NCBI GenBank assembly: GCA_963654425.1
Contig: CAVKAR010000004.1
Coordinates: 5,293-69,292, forward strand
DNA from: Lachnospiraceae bacterium
GTDB lineage: Bacteria > Bacillota_I > Bacilli_A > RFN20 > CAG-826
Length of the DNA: 64,000 nt
Reading direction: 5' to 3'
In this document: one piece after another, positions 53,974 through 63,764 of the stretch
Numbering within the stretch: position 1 is the stretch's first letter
How the letters are laid out: each line of letters starts with the position of its first letter
Notes under the pieces: generated by a model
Database searches by the model: none
The model's input: the letters and a program-made list of their open reading frames with translations, nothing else
Told to the model about the DNA's origin: nothing
Position numbers and translations under genes: made by a program

Positions 53974-54594
53974 ATGGCTTCATACGGCGTTCTTTCCTTG
54001 TATAAAGATGAGATAGTGGTTCTTTCTTCGCGCTTCATCGGGCTGGTTTTTCCACTCGAAAGCAAAGATGAGGTTGATTCATGCCTAAAAAAAGCACATG
54101 GTGATTATCCCAAGGCGACCCATTATTGCTATGCCGTCAGATACGACGGATATGAATACTGCAATGATGACGGCGAGCCCTCAAGAAGCGCTGGTCTCCC
54201 GATTCTCGGCGCTTTGAAAAGCGAGAATCTGAATCGGACCATCTTGATTGTCGTCCGTTATTTCGGAGGGCAAAAATTGGGCCTTCCGCGCTTAACGAAA
54301 AGTTACAAAGATATTGCGAAAATCACCGCAAAAATGGCTCAAAAAATAGAATTTTTGCCAGGCATAAAAGCAAAAATATGCTTAGATTATGCCTCTTTTG
54401 AATATTGGAAAAGAACGGCGGAGCGAAGCGGTTTCGCCATCATAGACCCCAAGTTTGAAGAGAAAGTGACTTTCTTTGCTAGCGGCAGTGATAAGATACT
54501 ACTGCCTTTGGTGAATAGCTTAAGGGAAGAAGAGGTTCTCACAATCGAGAAGACGGAAATTAAACGGAGGTTAGCCGATGATAGCAGCAAGTGA
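53974..54594 (+). CDS. yigZ: YigZ / IMPACT-family (UPF0029) protein
   Basis: KATHYCYAV...CNDDGEPSRSAGLPIL...VVRYFGGQKLG matches the UPF0029 signature. It is adjacent to a Xaa-Pro peptidase gene, as in E. coli (pepQ-yigZ). Confidence 0.8.
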   Translation: MASYGVLSLYKDEIVVLSSRFIGLVFPLESKDEVDSCLKKAHGDYPKATHYCYAVRYDGYEYCNDDGEPSRSAGLPILGALKSENLNRTILIVVRYFGGQKLGLPRLTKSYKDIAKITAKMAQKIEFLPGIKAKICLDYASFEYWKRTAERSGFAIIDPKFEEKVTFFASGSDKILLPLVNSLREEEVLTIEKTEIKRRLADDSSK

Positions 54595-55873
54595 ATTTGA
54601 GGCGCGCAGGCAGCGCCTATTCGACATGATGGATAGCGGGAGCGCCTTACTCATTTATAGCGGCGTCCCGAAAGTGTCGAGCGCCGACGAGGATTTGCCT
54701 TTTGAGGTCAACCGCAATTTTTATTATCTCACGGGCATAACGCAAGAGGGGAGCGCCTTGCTCCTCATCAATAGCGAGGGCGAAATGCAGGAATTTCTCT
54801 TCATTTTGCCTTTCGACGCAAAGAAAGAAAAGTGGTACGGGAAGCGCCTAACTCCGGCTGAGGCATCCGCCAAAAGCGGTATAAGCAATTGTTTGCTTAG
54901 CAACACAATCGCCTCTAAAATCGAGGCCATTTATAGCCCTGATATCAGGCAATACGGGGAAATCGATGAGCTTTATCTTGATTTGGACCGCGAAATCAAA
55001 ATCGCCGATGAGATGAGCAGCCGAAAGTACAAAGAGCAATTCTCTTTGCTTTTCCCAGATATCAAGGTTTCCGATTGCTATCCTTTGATTACCACTCTGA
55101 GGCTTCGCAAATCGAGCAATGAGGTCAACGAGCTCCGCGAAGCCGTCGAAATAACGAAAAACGCTATCTCCTCGGTTCTAAGCAAAATGGCCCCCGGCGT
55201 TAAAGAGTACGTTTTGGCGGATGAATTTTTGCGCGCAGTAAACGATAATAACGGCTACCAAGGCCTCTCCTTTCCGACAATTATGGCGAGCGGGGCGAAT
55301 GGGACATGTCTCCATTACCCAACTCCTTTATCAACCTTAAAAGACGGCGATCTTCTCTTGATGGATCTAGGGGCGAGGAACGCTTTCTATTGCGCCGATG
55401 TCTCGCGCACTTTCCCCATCAACGGTAAATTCTCTACGCTCCAAAGAAAGATTTATGACATCGTTTTGGGAGCGAATAAGCTCGTCATCGAGAAAGCTAG
55501 GCCAGGGTTAACGATCAATGATTTGCAGCGCTTGACCGTCGATTTCCTCGCCGAAAGATGCGTTGAGGAGGGCTTGATCAAAAGCAAAGATGATATCATC
55601 GAGGTATATTTCCATGGCGTCAGCCATTTGATTGGCCTAGACACGCATGACCCATATTTGAATCCCTTAGGCAAGGATTCGAAATCGATTCCGCTTGAGC
55701 CTGGCATGATCATCAGCGATGAGCCGGGGCTGTATTTCGAGAATCTTGGCATCGGCATCCGCATCGAGGATGATTTGCTTATCACATCGGATGGAGTTGA
55801 GGTCCTCACAAAGTCAATCATCAAAGAAATAGACGATATCGAGAGATTCCTAGCGAGCAAAAGCCGCAATTAG
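54578..55873 (+). CDS. pepP: Xaa-Pro aminopeptidase (M24B)
   Basis: M24 metal ligand blocks LMDLGARNAFYCADVSRTF, HGVSHLIGLDTHD, ISDEPGLY, IRIEDD. SD GGAGG lies 8 nt upstream. Confidence 0.85.
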   Translation: MIAASEFEARRQRLFDMMDSGSALLIYSGVPKVSSADEDLPFEVNRNFYYLTGITQEGSALLLINSEGEMQEFLFILPFDAKKEKWYGKRLTPAEASAKSGISNCLLSNTIASKIEAIYSPDIRQYGEIDELYLDLDREIKIADEMSSRKYKEQFSLLFPDIKVSDCYPLITTLRLRKSSNEVNELREAVEITKNAISSVLSKMAPGVKEYVLADEFLRAVNDNNGYQGLSFPTIMASGANGTCLHYPTPLSTLKDGDLLLMDLGARNAFYCADVSRTFPINGKFSTLQRKIYDIVLGANKLVIEKARPGLTINDLQRLTVDFLAERCVEEGLIKSKDDIIEVYFHGVSHLIGLDTHDPYLNPLGKDSKSIPLEPGMIISDEPGLYFENLGIGIRIEDDLLITSDGVEVLTKSIIKEIDDIERFLASKSRN

Positions 55874-55936
55874 GCTTTCCATTGTTTTATTCCGATTTCT
55901 TTATGAAAACGCTTTCATGCGTCTTTTGAATGGGCT

Positions 55937-55942
55937 TATAAT
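55937..55942 (+). promoter_or_regulatory. -10 box TATAAT, 6 nt upstream of the glpK ATG (leaderless-type)
   Basis: TATAAT, GCTCGC, ATG(55949). No SD. The start is fixed by the conserved GlpK N-terminus (KYILSIDQGTTSTRAI). Confidence 0.4.
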
Positions 55943-55948
55943 GCTCGC

Positions 55949-57430
55949 ATGGAAAAATACATTCTCTCAATCGATCAAGGCACGACATCGACCCGTGCCA
56001 TTTTGATCAACAAAAAAGGGCAAAGCGTTTTCAAAGCCCAGCGGCCGCTTACTTGTTTATACCCTAAACCAGGTTGGGTGGAACAAGACGCCGATCAAAT
56101 CTGGATATCCGTCGTTGATGTGGTGAACGAAGTCATCATCAAAGCAGGCATCAGCATGAAACAGATCGATGGCATTGGCATCACCAACCAAAGAGAAACG
56201 ACGGTTGTCTGGGACAAAAAAACAGGCAAAGCCATCTATAACGCCATTGTGTGGCAAAGCAAGCAGACCCAGAAAATCTGCGATTCGATGGCTAAGCACA
56301 CTTCAATGATTGCCTCTAGGACCGGATTGAGGATGAATCCTTATTTCAGCGCTTCGAAAATACGCTTCATCCTCGACCACGTCAAGGGCGCAAGAAGGCG
56401 CGCCGATGCTGGCGAATTGGCCTTTGGGACCATTGATAGCTGGCTCATTTACAAAATGACCAAGGGAAGATGCCATTATACGGATATCTCGAACGCTTCC
56501 CGCACGATGCTTTATAACATCTTCCTCCAAAAATGGGACAAAGAGCTTCTGGATTTGTGGGACATTCCCGCTTCCATGCTCCCAACGGTTCTAGAAAACA
56601 GCTGCGATTTCGGAATTGCCTCTTATTTCTCCAACGATATCCATATCTGCGGCGTGGCTGGCGACCAGCAAGCTGCCTTATTCGGCCAATGCTGTTTTAG
56701 AAAAGGCGAAAGCAAAAACACATACGGAACGGGCTGCTTTATGCTCATGAACACGGGCGAGAAAGCCGTCAGGAGCAAAAACGGATTGTTGACCACGATT
56801 GCTTGGCGCATCAAGGGTGTGACGACTTACGCTTTGGAGGGCTCCGTTTTCATAGGGGGAGCGATCGTTCAATGGCTACGCGATGAAACACGTTGGTTTG
56901 AGGATTCCTGCGACAGCGAGATGTATGCCCGCAAGCGACCCGATACGGCTGGGGTATATTTCGTTCCGGCTTTCGTCGGCTTGGGCACGCCTTATTGGGA
57001 TGATGATGCCCGTGGGGCTATTTTCGGATTGACGAGAGGCGCCGATCGCCACAATATCACCCGAGCTGGGCTCTGCTCGATCGCCTATCAGTCGAAAGAC
57101 GTCATTGACACGATGAAAAAAGACGCTGGATTGGAGCTGCCCGTCCTCAAAGTCGATGGCGGGGCGAGCGCGAATTCCCTTTTGATGCAATTCCAATCCG
57201 ATATCCTCCAATGTGAGGTCAGAATCCCCAAATGCGTTGAGACTACCGCTTTAGGCGCTGGCTATATGGCTGGTCTAGCGACCGGATTCTGGGATAGTAT
57301 GGAAGAGATAAACGATCTTAACAAAGAGGCCGCCCAAAGCTATTTCCCGTCTATGAGCGTAAAAGAGAGCAACCAGCTTTATCGTGGCTGGAAAATGGCC
57401 GTGAAAGCCACAAGGGTTTTCAAACCGTGA
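55949..57430 (+). CDS. glpK: Glycerol kinase
   Basis: YILSIDQGTTSTRAIL, GITNQRETTVVWDK, FGTIDSWL, GDQQAALFGQ, YALEGSVFIGGA and KVDGGAS motifs across the full length. Confidence 0.95.
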   Translation: MEKYILSIDQGTTSTRAILINKKGQSVFKAQRPLTCLYPKPGWVEQDADQIWISVVDVVNEVIIKAGISMKQIDGIGITNQRETTVVWDKKTGKAIYNAIVWQSKQTQKICDSMAKHTSMIASRTGLRMNPYFSASKIRFILDHVKGARRRADAGELAFGTIDSWLIYKMTKGRCHYTDISNASRTMLYNIFLQKWDKELLDLWDIPASMLPTVLENSCDFGIASYFSNDIHICGVAGDQQAALFGQCCFRKGESKNTYGTGCFMLMNTGEKAVRSKNGLLTTIAWRIKGVTTYALEGSVFIGGAIVQWLRDETRWFEDSCDSEMYARKRPDTAGVYFVPAFVGLGTPYWDDDARGAIFGLTRGADRHNITRAGLCSIAYQSKDVIDTMKKDAGLELPVLKVDGGASANSLLMQFQSDILQCEVRIPKCVETTALGAGYMAGLATGFWDSMEEINDLNKEAAQSYFPSMSVKESNQLYRGWKMAVKATRVFKP

Positions 57431-57972
57431 GCATTAAAGAAGACTTATTGAATCGATATCAGAACGCGATTATCATCGGCAAAAAGGAGAGCCGCTCCTT
57501 TTTCGAGGGGCTGAAAAAAGATTTGCCTTCATTGGAGTGCGTTTTCTATTCCGTTGAGGAAATCATCGACATGTTCGCTTTCGTATACGATGATTCATCC
57601 ATCTCTTATCTCCGTTACGCTTATGAATTGAATCCGATCGTGGCGGAAGAAACGCTCATGATCGTCTCTTTGCTAAACGAGAGTCATTATTCTTGCCCTC
57701 GCCTGAATGCGCTTTTGCCCCTTCGTGACGATCTTCTTTCGCATGGCTTGCTTAAAAAGATGACGGGGCTAGAAGAGCGATTCAAGAACAAAAGCATCCT
57801 CTATTTTTCTCTTTTGACAGCCTTGCCTATCTCCAAAAGGCTAGGGGAGATGAGCAATATGGCTCTTTCTTTCGATATTCCATATAAAGATAAGGTCTCT
57901 ATCGACCCGGACATCGAGAAATATCGGAAGCTGAGTCAAGACGAAAAGAGGGAATTGGGCCTTTATCCTTGA
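57427..57972 (+). CDS. Hypothetical protein (181 aa)
   Basis: The GTG start overlaps the glpK TGA (GTGA). No recognisable motif. Confidence 0.5.
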   Translation: MSIKEDLLNRYQNAIIIGKKESRSFFEGLKKDLPSLECVFYSVEEIIDMFAFVYDDSSISYLRYAYELNPIVAEETLMIVSLLNESHYSCPRLNALLPLRDDLLSHGLLKKMTGLEERFKNKSILYFSLLTALPISKRLGEMSNMALSFDIPYKDKVSIDPDIEKYRKLSQDEKRELGLYP

Positions 57973-58004
57973 ATTTGTTCGCCTTTTTCCGTTAGAAGGC
58001 TAAA

Positions 58005-59159
58005 ATGATTGGCATGAGCCAACTTCTCAGCAAAGAGCAATTCCATCTTTACTTGACGAGCATACGCTTCCCTGATTTGGAGGCTGAGGATTTTCTTTAT
58101 CGCTGCTATAGCGATGCTGTTGAGGGGGCGATAGATCTTCGCTCCGCGAGCGATTTGTTGTCAAAGCTTCCCCTTAATCCGCTCCCGCTTATCCTCTATA
58201 TCATCAATGAACATCAATTTTATAAAGTCTCGCATCCGGAAAAAGATGAGGCTTCTTTATACGACGATGATGATTACGAGCGCTTGATCATCTCTATCGC
58301 GGTCGATAAATATTTCACGAACGAGCATCTTGATTTCCGCTCATCGACTTATGCAAGCCGCTTTTCCGTCGAAATATCGACGATTGCCCTTTATCTCAAT
58401 TTCATTTTGGGGATGCTTTCCCATTATAAGCAGGGTGATCCGAAGGAAACGCTTATCGTCGATATCATGAACAAGGGCTTTTCGATGGCCAAATGCATTT
58501 TGAATCTCTTGATGGAAGGGTTTGAGACGGAGGCTTTTTCCACTTGGAGAACGCTTCATGAGAATGAGAGCATTTTGGCGGTTCTCCTTAAATACGGCCA
58601 ACCAGTCATCGAAAAATACCTCAAGCATCTGAAATACGCGCTCGCTTTCCGGGGAGGCCTCAGCAAAGAGGAGACCGATGCGACTTTTCTTGAGATAAAA
58701 GAAGGAATGAAAAAAGTCGACCTCAAGAGCAAAGACATGAAGCGCTACATCGAATACGGCTGGTTATATGCTGTCCCCAATGTTGGGCAAGTAATCGATT
58801 TCAAATTGAATTTCCGCGATGGCGTAGAGCGCTTGGCGGATTTGAGGCAATATGCGAAAGTATATGAGATGAGCAGCGAGATCGCCCATAGCTCGCCCTT
58901 GCTCATTTATAGCAGGAAAAACTATTTCTATCTCATAACGATTCTCAATCTATATGAATCTTTCTTCCGCTTGGAGAAGGTATTCTCATCGCTATATCTA
59001 TCGACGGTGAGCGAAGAAGACCAAAGCCGCTACATCGCGATGAGACAGCTATATTACGGGGAACTACTTGCCGCCTACAAAATGGAGAAAGGGCGCTTTG
59101 AGGCGCTTATCTCCTCTGGCAAGAAAGACGAATTGCCCCCGAAAAGGCCCATTGACTGA
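58005..59159 (+). CDS. Hypothetical helical protein (384 aa)
   Basis: SD-like GAAGG lies 6 nt upstream of ATG 58005. Predicted all-helical. No confident family assignment. Confidence 0.6.
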   Translation: MIGMSQLLSKEQFHLYLTSIRFPDLEAEDFLYRCYSDAVEGAIDLRSASDLLSKLPLNPLPLILYIINEHQFYKVSHPEKDEASLYDDDDYERLIISIAVDKYFTNEHLDFRSSTYASRFSVEISTIALYLNFILGMLSHYKQGDPKETLIVDIMNKGFSMAKCILNLLMEGFETEAFSTWRTLHENESILAVLLKYGQPVIEKYLKHLKYALAFRGGLSKEETDATFLEIKEGMKKVDLKSKDMKRYIEYGWLYAVPNVGQVIDFKLNFRDGVERLADLRQYAKVYEMSSEIAHSSPLLIYSRKNYFYLITILNLYESFFRLEKVFSSLYLSTVSEEDQSRYIAMRQLYYGELLAAYKMEKGRFEALISSGKKDELPPKRPID

Positions 59160-59160
59160 A

Positions 59161-59193
59161 AATAGCCCCCCACTTGAAGGTGGCTATTTTTTC
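59161..59193. terminator. Bidirectional rho-independent terminator between convergent genes
   Basis: AATAGCC(C)CC-loop-GGTGGCTAT stem (8 bp with one bulge), with an A-rich 5' side and TTTTTT on the 3' side. Confidence 0.55.
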
Positions 59194-59194
59194 T

Positions 59195-60841
59195 TTATAC
59201 GTCAGCGTAGCAGCTGCCGCCGATGAATTCGCGCATAAGCGAATTGCTCGGCACCCATTCATCGCTCATGTCGATGAAGAATTTGAGCATGTGCAAAAGT
59301 CTTTGGGCATCAGGATAATATTGGCTATCCTTGTCGATTGAAAGGAGAAGCGGCATCGCGTATTTTTTCATGACGGGAAGCTCGTAAGGCAAAAAGGAAT
59401 TAAAGACATAGTCGGAGCCTTCCTGCGTGCTATAAATCCATTTGAATTCGCCCGCTCGCACATTCGGCCACATGCTCAAAGTCTCTTCCGCCGGGGAATT
59501 GCGGAATTTTTTGTCGCGCACGATGCGTCTGACCAAGCGAAGATCGGTGAGGCTAAGAGGATTGTGGTCATCCAGATTTATCTGCGCTTGCGGAGAGATG
59601 AAAATCTTGAATTTGTTGCTCTTCGGGATTGAAATGGTGAGGTCGTCATTCAAAGCATGAATGCCTTCGATGATGATCGGCTCTTCCTTCCCGACTTTTA
59701 TCGTTCTTCCGTTGACCCTTCTGCCCAATTCGAAATCGAATTTCGGGAGGGTGACGGTTTCTCCGTTTATGAGGTCCAGCATATTCTGGTTGAACGTCAC
59801 GACGTCAAGAGCCTCGATTGATTCGAGATCAGGCTCGCCATCAGCTCCAAGCGGGATATCCTTCTTTTCTTTGTAATAGTCATCAATCGAGATGCGGATA
59901 GGGCGAATACCGCGGCTCAATAACTCAATCCGGAGGCGATTGGCGAAAGTCGTTTTGCCAGAGGAAGAAGGCCCAGCCACGCAAATGAGGCGAATATCCT
60001 CGATATCGTCCTCGATGAGCTGCCCCAGTTCGGATAATTGGCGGTTATGCCTGGCTTCGCAGACATTGATGAATTCAATCGGCCCGGCCGTCTCGATTTC
60101 CTGGTTGATCTTGGCGATGGTGTCGGTGCCGATCGTTTTTACCCAGGTATGGCTTTCTTTCAAAGTGCGGTTATAGGTTGGGGCATCCTCGAATTCGGGG
60201 ATTTTGCCAAGACACTCGGCGCGCGGGTATTGAAGGAGGAAGCCAGGGGCGTAAAGGCGCAATTTGTAGCGCGACAAATAGCCGGTGCTTGGGACCATGT
60301 GGCTATACATATAGTCCTTGAAGCCATCGCACTCGTAGAGATGGACCGTTCTTTCAGGACGATAATTGAGAATCGCCTTTTTATCGCTTAAGCCATGCTC
60401 TTCGTAAAATCTCTCAGCCTCTTCATTACTCACGATGATGCGCTTGAGCGGGTAATCGCTTTTGACGATCGATTCCACCTCATGGTTGATGCGAAGGAGC
60501 ATCGCGGTGGTGGCGATGCAGCCTGGCGTCAATAAGTGGATGCTGATGCAGCGCGAGACATCATAGGAAAAGCGTATTTTCATATTGGGGTAGGCCCTAG
60601 CGAAAGCCATCGCAAAGACGTAGCGGAGGGAGGCTTCGTATATCTTCATCGCGTCACGGCTTTTCAAATCGAGGAATTCGACATTCGCATCGTAATATAT
60701 TTCGTAATTCAGTTCCCTGACGCGGTTATTGACTTTCGCGCAGAAGTATTTTTTCTTATCTTCCTCATTTAATAGCGAGAGCAGGCTGACTCTTTTTTCG
60801 AAGCGCCTTTCCTCGCCGTTGATTTTCACTGTGAATGGCAT
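59195..60841 (-). CDS. Uridine-kinase-family protein with an N-terminal TGS / ThrRS-like extension
   Basis: P-loop VAGPSSSGKTTFANRL, followed by a Udk-like core (IIIEGIHALND, RRIVRD). The N-terminal FTVKINGEERRFEKRVSLLSLL is TGS-like. I trimmed the start to ATG 60841, preceded by AGGAGG. Confidence 0.8.
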   Translation of the reverse strand: MPFTVKINGEERRFEKRVSLLSLLNEEDKKKYFCAKVNNRVRELNYEIYYDANVEFLDLKSRDAMKIYEASLRYVFAMAFARAYPNMKIRFSYDVSRCISIHLLTPGCIATTAMLLRINHEVESIVKSDYPLKRIIVSNEEAERFYEEHGLSDKKAILNYRPERTVHLYECDGFKDYMYSHMVPSTGYLSRYKLRLYAPGFLLQYPRAECLGKIPEFEDAPTYNRTLKESHTWVKTIGTDTIAKINQEIETAGPIEFINVCEARHNRQLSELGQLIEDDIEDIRLICVAGPSSSGKTTFANRLRIELLSRGIRPIRISIDDYYKEKKDIPLGADGEPDLESIEALDVVTFNQNMLDLINGETVTLPKFDFELGRRVNGRTIKVGKEEPIIIEGIHALNDDLTISIPKSNKFKIFISPQAQINLDDHNPLSLTDLRLVRRIVRDKKFRNSPAEETLSMWPNVRAGEFKWIYSTQEGSDYVFNSFLPYELPVMKKYAMPLLLSIDKDSQYYPDAQRLLHMLKFFIDMSDEWVPSNSLMREFIGGSCYADV

Positions 60842-61027
60842 GTTTTTTGCCTCCTGTCGGGGATTTGTAATCTTAGTATTATATCGCTTTTCTTGCAAGC
60901 GCTTCCAATGCTCGCGGGGCAAAAATCCGGGAGGCGGCAAACCCTAGGCGCGCAGCCTCTTTTTAATGCTCAAAATGAACATTTTTTACCATTTTGGCCA
61001 AAGGGTATTTTTTTGCGTTTCGAAAGA

Positions 61028-61056
61028 TTGACAAAAACAAAAAAGGCCCCTAACAT
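61028..61056 (+). promoter_or_regulatory. Candidate sigma-70 promoter of the atp operon
   Basis: TTGACA (61028..61033), a 17-nt spacer, TAACAT (61051..61056). It lies 38 nt upstream of the atpI ATG, whose leader holds a purine-rich GGAAAGGACGAAGG. Confidence 0.5.
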
Positions 61057-61094
61057 TGAGCTTGTTCCTATAAGGAAAGGACGAAGGCGAAGGC

Positions 61095-61538
61095 ATGGGA
61101 AAGTGGTTATCATCTCTCTCTGACGAAAACAAGGATTTTTTCATTTTGGCCGTTATTGAGCTTTTCGTTTTCCTTTGCTTGCTACCCCTTATTTTCGTAG
61201 GGGCTGGGAGCTGGGCGCTCGGCTGGCTTGCCGGGGGATCATTGACCCTCTTGAATTATTTCCTCCTCATGCGTTTTTCTTCCTCCATCCTTGATCCGGA
61301 TAGCGGGGATAAAAAAAGCGTTACTTTCTTTGCTTTGGCCGCGAGCTTTTTGCGTTACGCTCTCTTCGGCGGGCTTTTGATCGTCGCCGCCATCAGCACT
61401 TACAAAAGCGAATGGCTGAATGGATTCAGCGCCCTTAACGTTTTCGCGGTGGCTTTATCTTATCTTCCAATGCCGATATTGCTCATGTGCAGCCATTTCC
61501 TTAGGGCGAAGAAAGAAGAAAAAAGGACGAACAAATGA
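61095..61538 (+). CDS. atpI: AtpI-like small membrane protein
   Basis: 147-aa, 4-TM hydrophobic protein immediately upstream of atpB and overlapping it (ATGA). The assignment rests on position and topology only. Confidence 0.5.
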   Translation: MGKWLSSLSDENKDFFILAVIELFVFLCLLPLIFVGAGSWALGWLAGGSLTLLNYFLLMRFSSSILDPDSGDKKSVTFFALAASFLRYALFGGLLIVAAISTYKSEWLNGFSALNVFAVALSYLPMPILLMCSHFLRAKKEEKRTNK

Positions 61539-62392
61539 CATTTCGCGATAAAGTGGCAAAGATGTTCGATTTCGAGATAGAGGCGCCAGTCTATGTCTCG
61601 CTTTTGCTTATTTCCTTGCTCATTATCCTTTGCATCGTGATTTATTTCGTTTTCACTCGCGCACTCAAACAAAAGAAATATCTTGAAAGACCCAAAGGAC
61701 TCCTTTTCTTGGGGGAGTGGTGGTACGAATTCACGAACAATTTCGTCCACAAAACGATGGGATATCACGCCGAAGGGATGACAGGCTACTTCATGGCTCT
61801 TTTCGCCTATCTGATCATTGCTTTCAACATTTCCCTATTCGGCCTTCCTTCGATCATCGATTATCTAGGCGTGACCCTCTCTCTTTCCATCATCATGTTC
61901 GTGATGATCCATGCCACGGCCATCAAGTATCAGAAACTCCGTTATTTTCATCGATACATTGAACCTTTCATCGTTTGGCTTCCGATCAATCTCATCACGA
62001 TGTGGACGCCGATCATTTCCACCTGCATGCGTATGTTCGGCAATGCCTTGAGCGGGAGCATTCTCACTGGCATTGTCCAATGGTCGCTTGGGAATCTATC
62101 CGGCAAAATGTTCGGTTCTCTCCGCGATGCGGCTTTATTGAATTACTGGCCAAGTTGGGATATCAACCAAAATACCTTGTGGACAGATATTTTCTTGGCG
62201 CCGATCCCTATCGGCGTCCTCAATATTTATTTCAGCTTATTCTCTGCTTATGTGCAGACGACGGTTTTTGCCACTTTGAGCGCCCTTTGGATGGCGCAGG
62301 AGCGGCCTAGCGATGAGGAGATTGAAGCCAAACTCCCAACGCGGGAAGAAACATCGTCCAACAAGAAAAAAGCAGCAAGAATAGAGTCATAG
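61535..62392 (+). CDS. atpB: F0F1 ATP synthase subunit a
   Basis: Conserved stator Arg motif CMRMFGNALSGSIL and a polytopic profile, at the expected operon position. Confidence 0.9.
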   Translation: MTFRDKVAKMFDFEIEAPVYVSLLLISLLIILCIVIYFVFTRALKQKKYLERPKGLLFLGEWWYEFTNNFVHKTMGYHAEGMTGYFMALFAYLIIAFNISLFGLPSIIDYLGVTLSLSIIMFVMIHATAIKYQKLRYFHRYIEPFIVWLPINLITMWTPIISTCMRMFGNALSGSILTGIVQWSLGNLSGKMFGSLRDAALLNYWPSWDINQNTLWTDIFLAPIPIGVLNIYFSLFSAYVQTTVFATLSALWMAQERPSDEEIEAKLPTREETSSNKKKAARIES

Positions 62393-62403
62393 GAGGTTAT
62401 GTT

Positions 62404-62631
62404 ATGACTGATTTGGGTTTGAAAGCGATTGCGGCGGCAATTGCGGTTGCCTTCGGATGCTTATCCGCGATTGGGGAGGGCATGATTATCTCTCACGCGA
62501 TTGACGGAATGAGCCGCAACCCCGAGATGCAGAGCAAATTGCAGCAGACGATGATCATCGGCACGGCGCTTGATGAGTCGACCGCCATTTACTGCTTGCT
62601 CGTCGCCATTCTCATCATTTTCGTTCTCTAA
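62404..62631 (+). CDS. atpE: F0F1 ATP synthase subunit c
   Basis: 75-aa helical hairpin with loop RNPE and the ion-binding Glu in ALDESTAIY. SD AGGAGG upstream. Confidence 0.9.
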   Translation: MTDLGLKAIAAAIAVAFGCLSAIGEGMIISHAIDGMSRNPEMQSKLQQTMIIGTALDESTAIYCLLVAILIIFVL

Positions 62632-62649
62632 TTTCAGGCGGAGAAGAAA

Positions 62650-63216
62650 ATGCGCTTGAAGAATATCACCGTCATTTTAAGCGAAGCAGCTCCTTTTTCA
62701 CCCGAGGATTTCATCAATAAGCTATTCCCGAATTTCTGGAGCTGGCTCATCAATTTCTTGGCGCTTATCGTCCTTTTCGTCATTGTCTATTTCTTGGCCT
62801 ATAAGCCGATTAGGAAATACGTGCAGGCACGAAAAGACTATGTCGAGAGGAATCTGCGTGACAGCGAGGCCGCAAAAGAGATCAACGAGCGGAAAGCCTT
62901 AGAGAGCGACAAACTTATCGCCGATGCGAAAATCGAGGCCAACGAAATCATCGTGAAAGCCAAAAACGACGCTTCAAAGCAAGCCGATATCATCATCGAT
63001 GAGGCAAAAAAAGAAGCCAGCAGAAAGCAGGTTGAGGCCGACATAGCCATCAAACAAGCTGAGGAAAAGAGCAAAATGGCCATCGAGGAGCAAATCATCA
63101 ACGTCGCGATGGACGCTTCGAAGAAAGTGCTTGGCCGCGAACTCGAGAGCAAGGACAATGCCCGCTTCCTCAAGGAATTCGTCAGTGATTTGAACGAGGG
63201 TAAAGACGATGAGTAA
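62650..63216 (+). CDS. atpF: F0F1 ATP synthase subunit b
   Basis: One N-terminal TM helix, then a long charged helix rich in Ala/Lys/Glu, at the expected operon position. Confidence 0.8.
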   Translation: MRLKNITVILSEAAPFSPEDFINKLFPNFWSWLINFLALIVLFVIVYFLAYKPIRKYVQARKDYVERNLRDSEAAKEINERKALESDKLIADAKIEANEIIVKAKNDASKQADIIIDEAKKEASRKQVEADIAIKQAEEKSKMAIEEQIINVAMDASKKVLGRELESKDNARFLKEFVSDLNEGKDDE

Positions 63217-63763
63217 CACCCGCTTCTCTTCATATGGGCGTGCGCTTTTCGAGCTGATCGGGAACGATCCGGCTTTGCTGCATCGTTATGAAGAAGCTCT
63301 CTTGGATATCGAAAGGGATTTAAGCGACAATCCTTCCCTCTTCGCCGTTTTATCGAGCCATTCCTTGCCCAAGGAGAAGCAATTCGAAATCGCTGATAAA
63401 CTGTATCAAAGATACGACCTAAAACATTTAGTCCCCTTTTTGAAGCTCCTTATTTCCCGTCACCTAATCGTGAAATTCCCGGAAGTGGAGCAAGGTTATC
63501 GAAAGGCCGTGAATGAAGCGCTGGGGCGAAGCGAAGGCATTGTCTATAGCGCCACGCCTTTATCGAAAAAAGAAGTTGGCGAACTTGAGAAAGCGATGGG
63601 AAATAGATTGAAAAAAGAAGTCGAATTGACGAACCGCGTCGAACCATCGTTACTGGGAGGGGTCAGGATTTTCATCGACGATATGTCCTTCGATGGGACT
63701 ATCGAAAGCAAGATAGAGAAGATGAGATCATCCCTACTGAAAAGTGCCAAAGGAGGAAATTAG
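63209..63763 (+). CDS. atpH: F0F1 ATP synthase subunit delta (OSCP)
   Basis: YGRALFEL N-terminus and C-terminal LLGGVRIFIDDMSFDGTIESKIEKM, typical of delta/OSCP. Confidence 0.8.
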   Translation: MSNTRFSSYGRALFELIGNDPALLHRYEEALLDIERDLSDNPSLFAVLSSHSLPKEKQFEIADKLYQRYDLKHLVPFLKLLISRHLIVKFPEVEQGYRKAVNEALGRSEGIVYSATPLSKKEVGELEKAMGNRLKKEVELTNRVEPSLLGGVRIFIDDMSFDGTIESKIEKMRSSLLKSAKGGN

Positions 63764-63764
63764 C

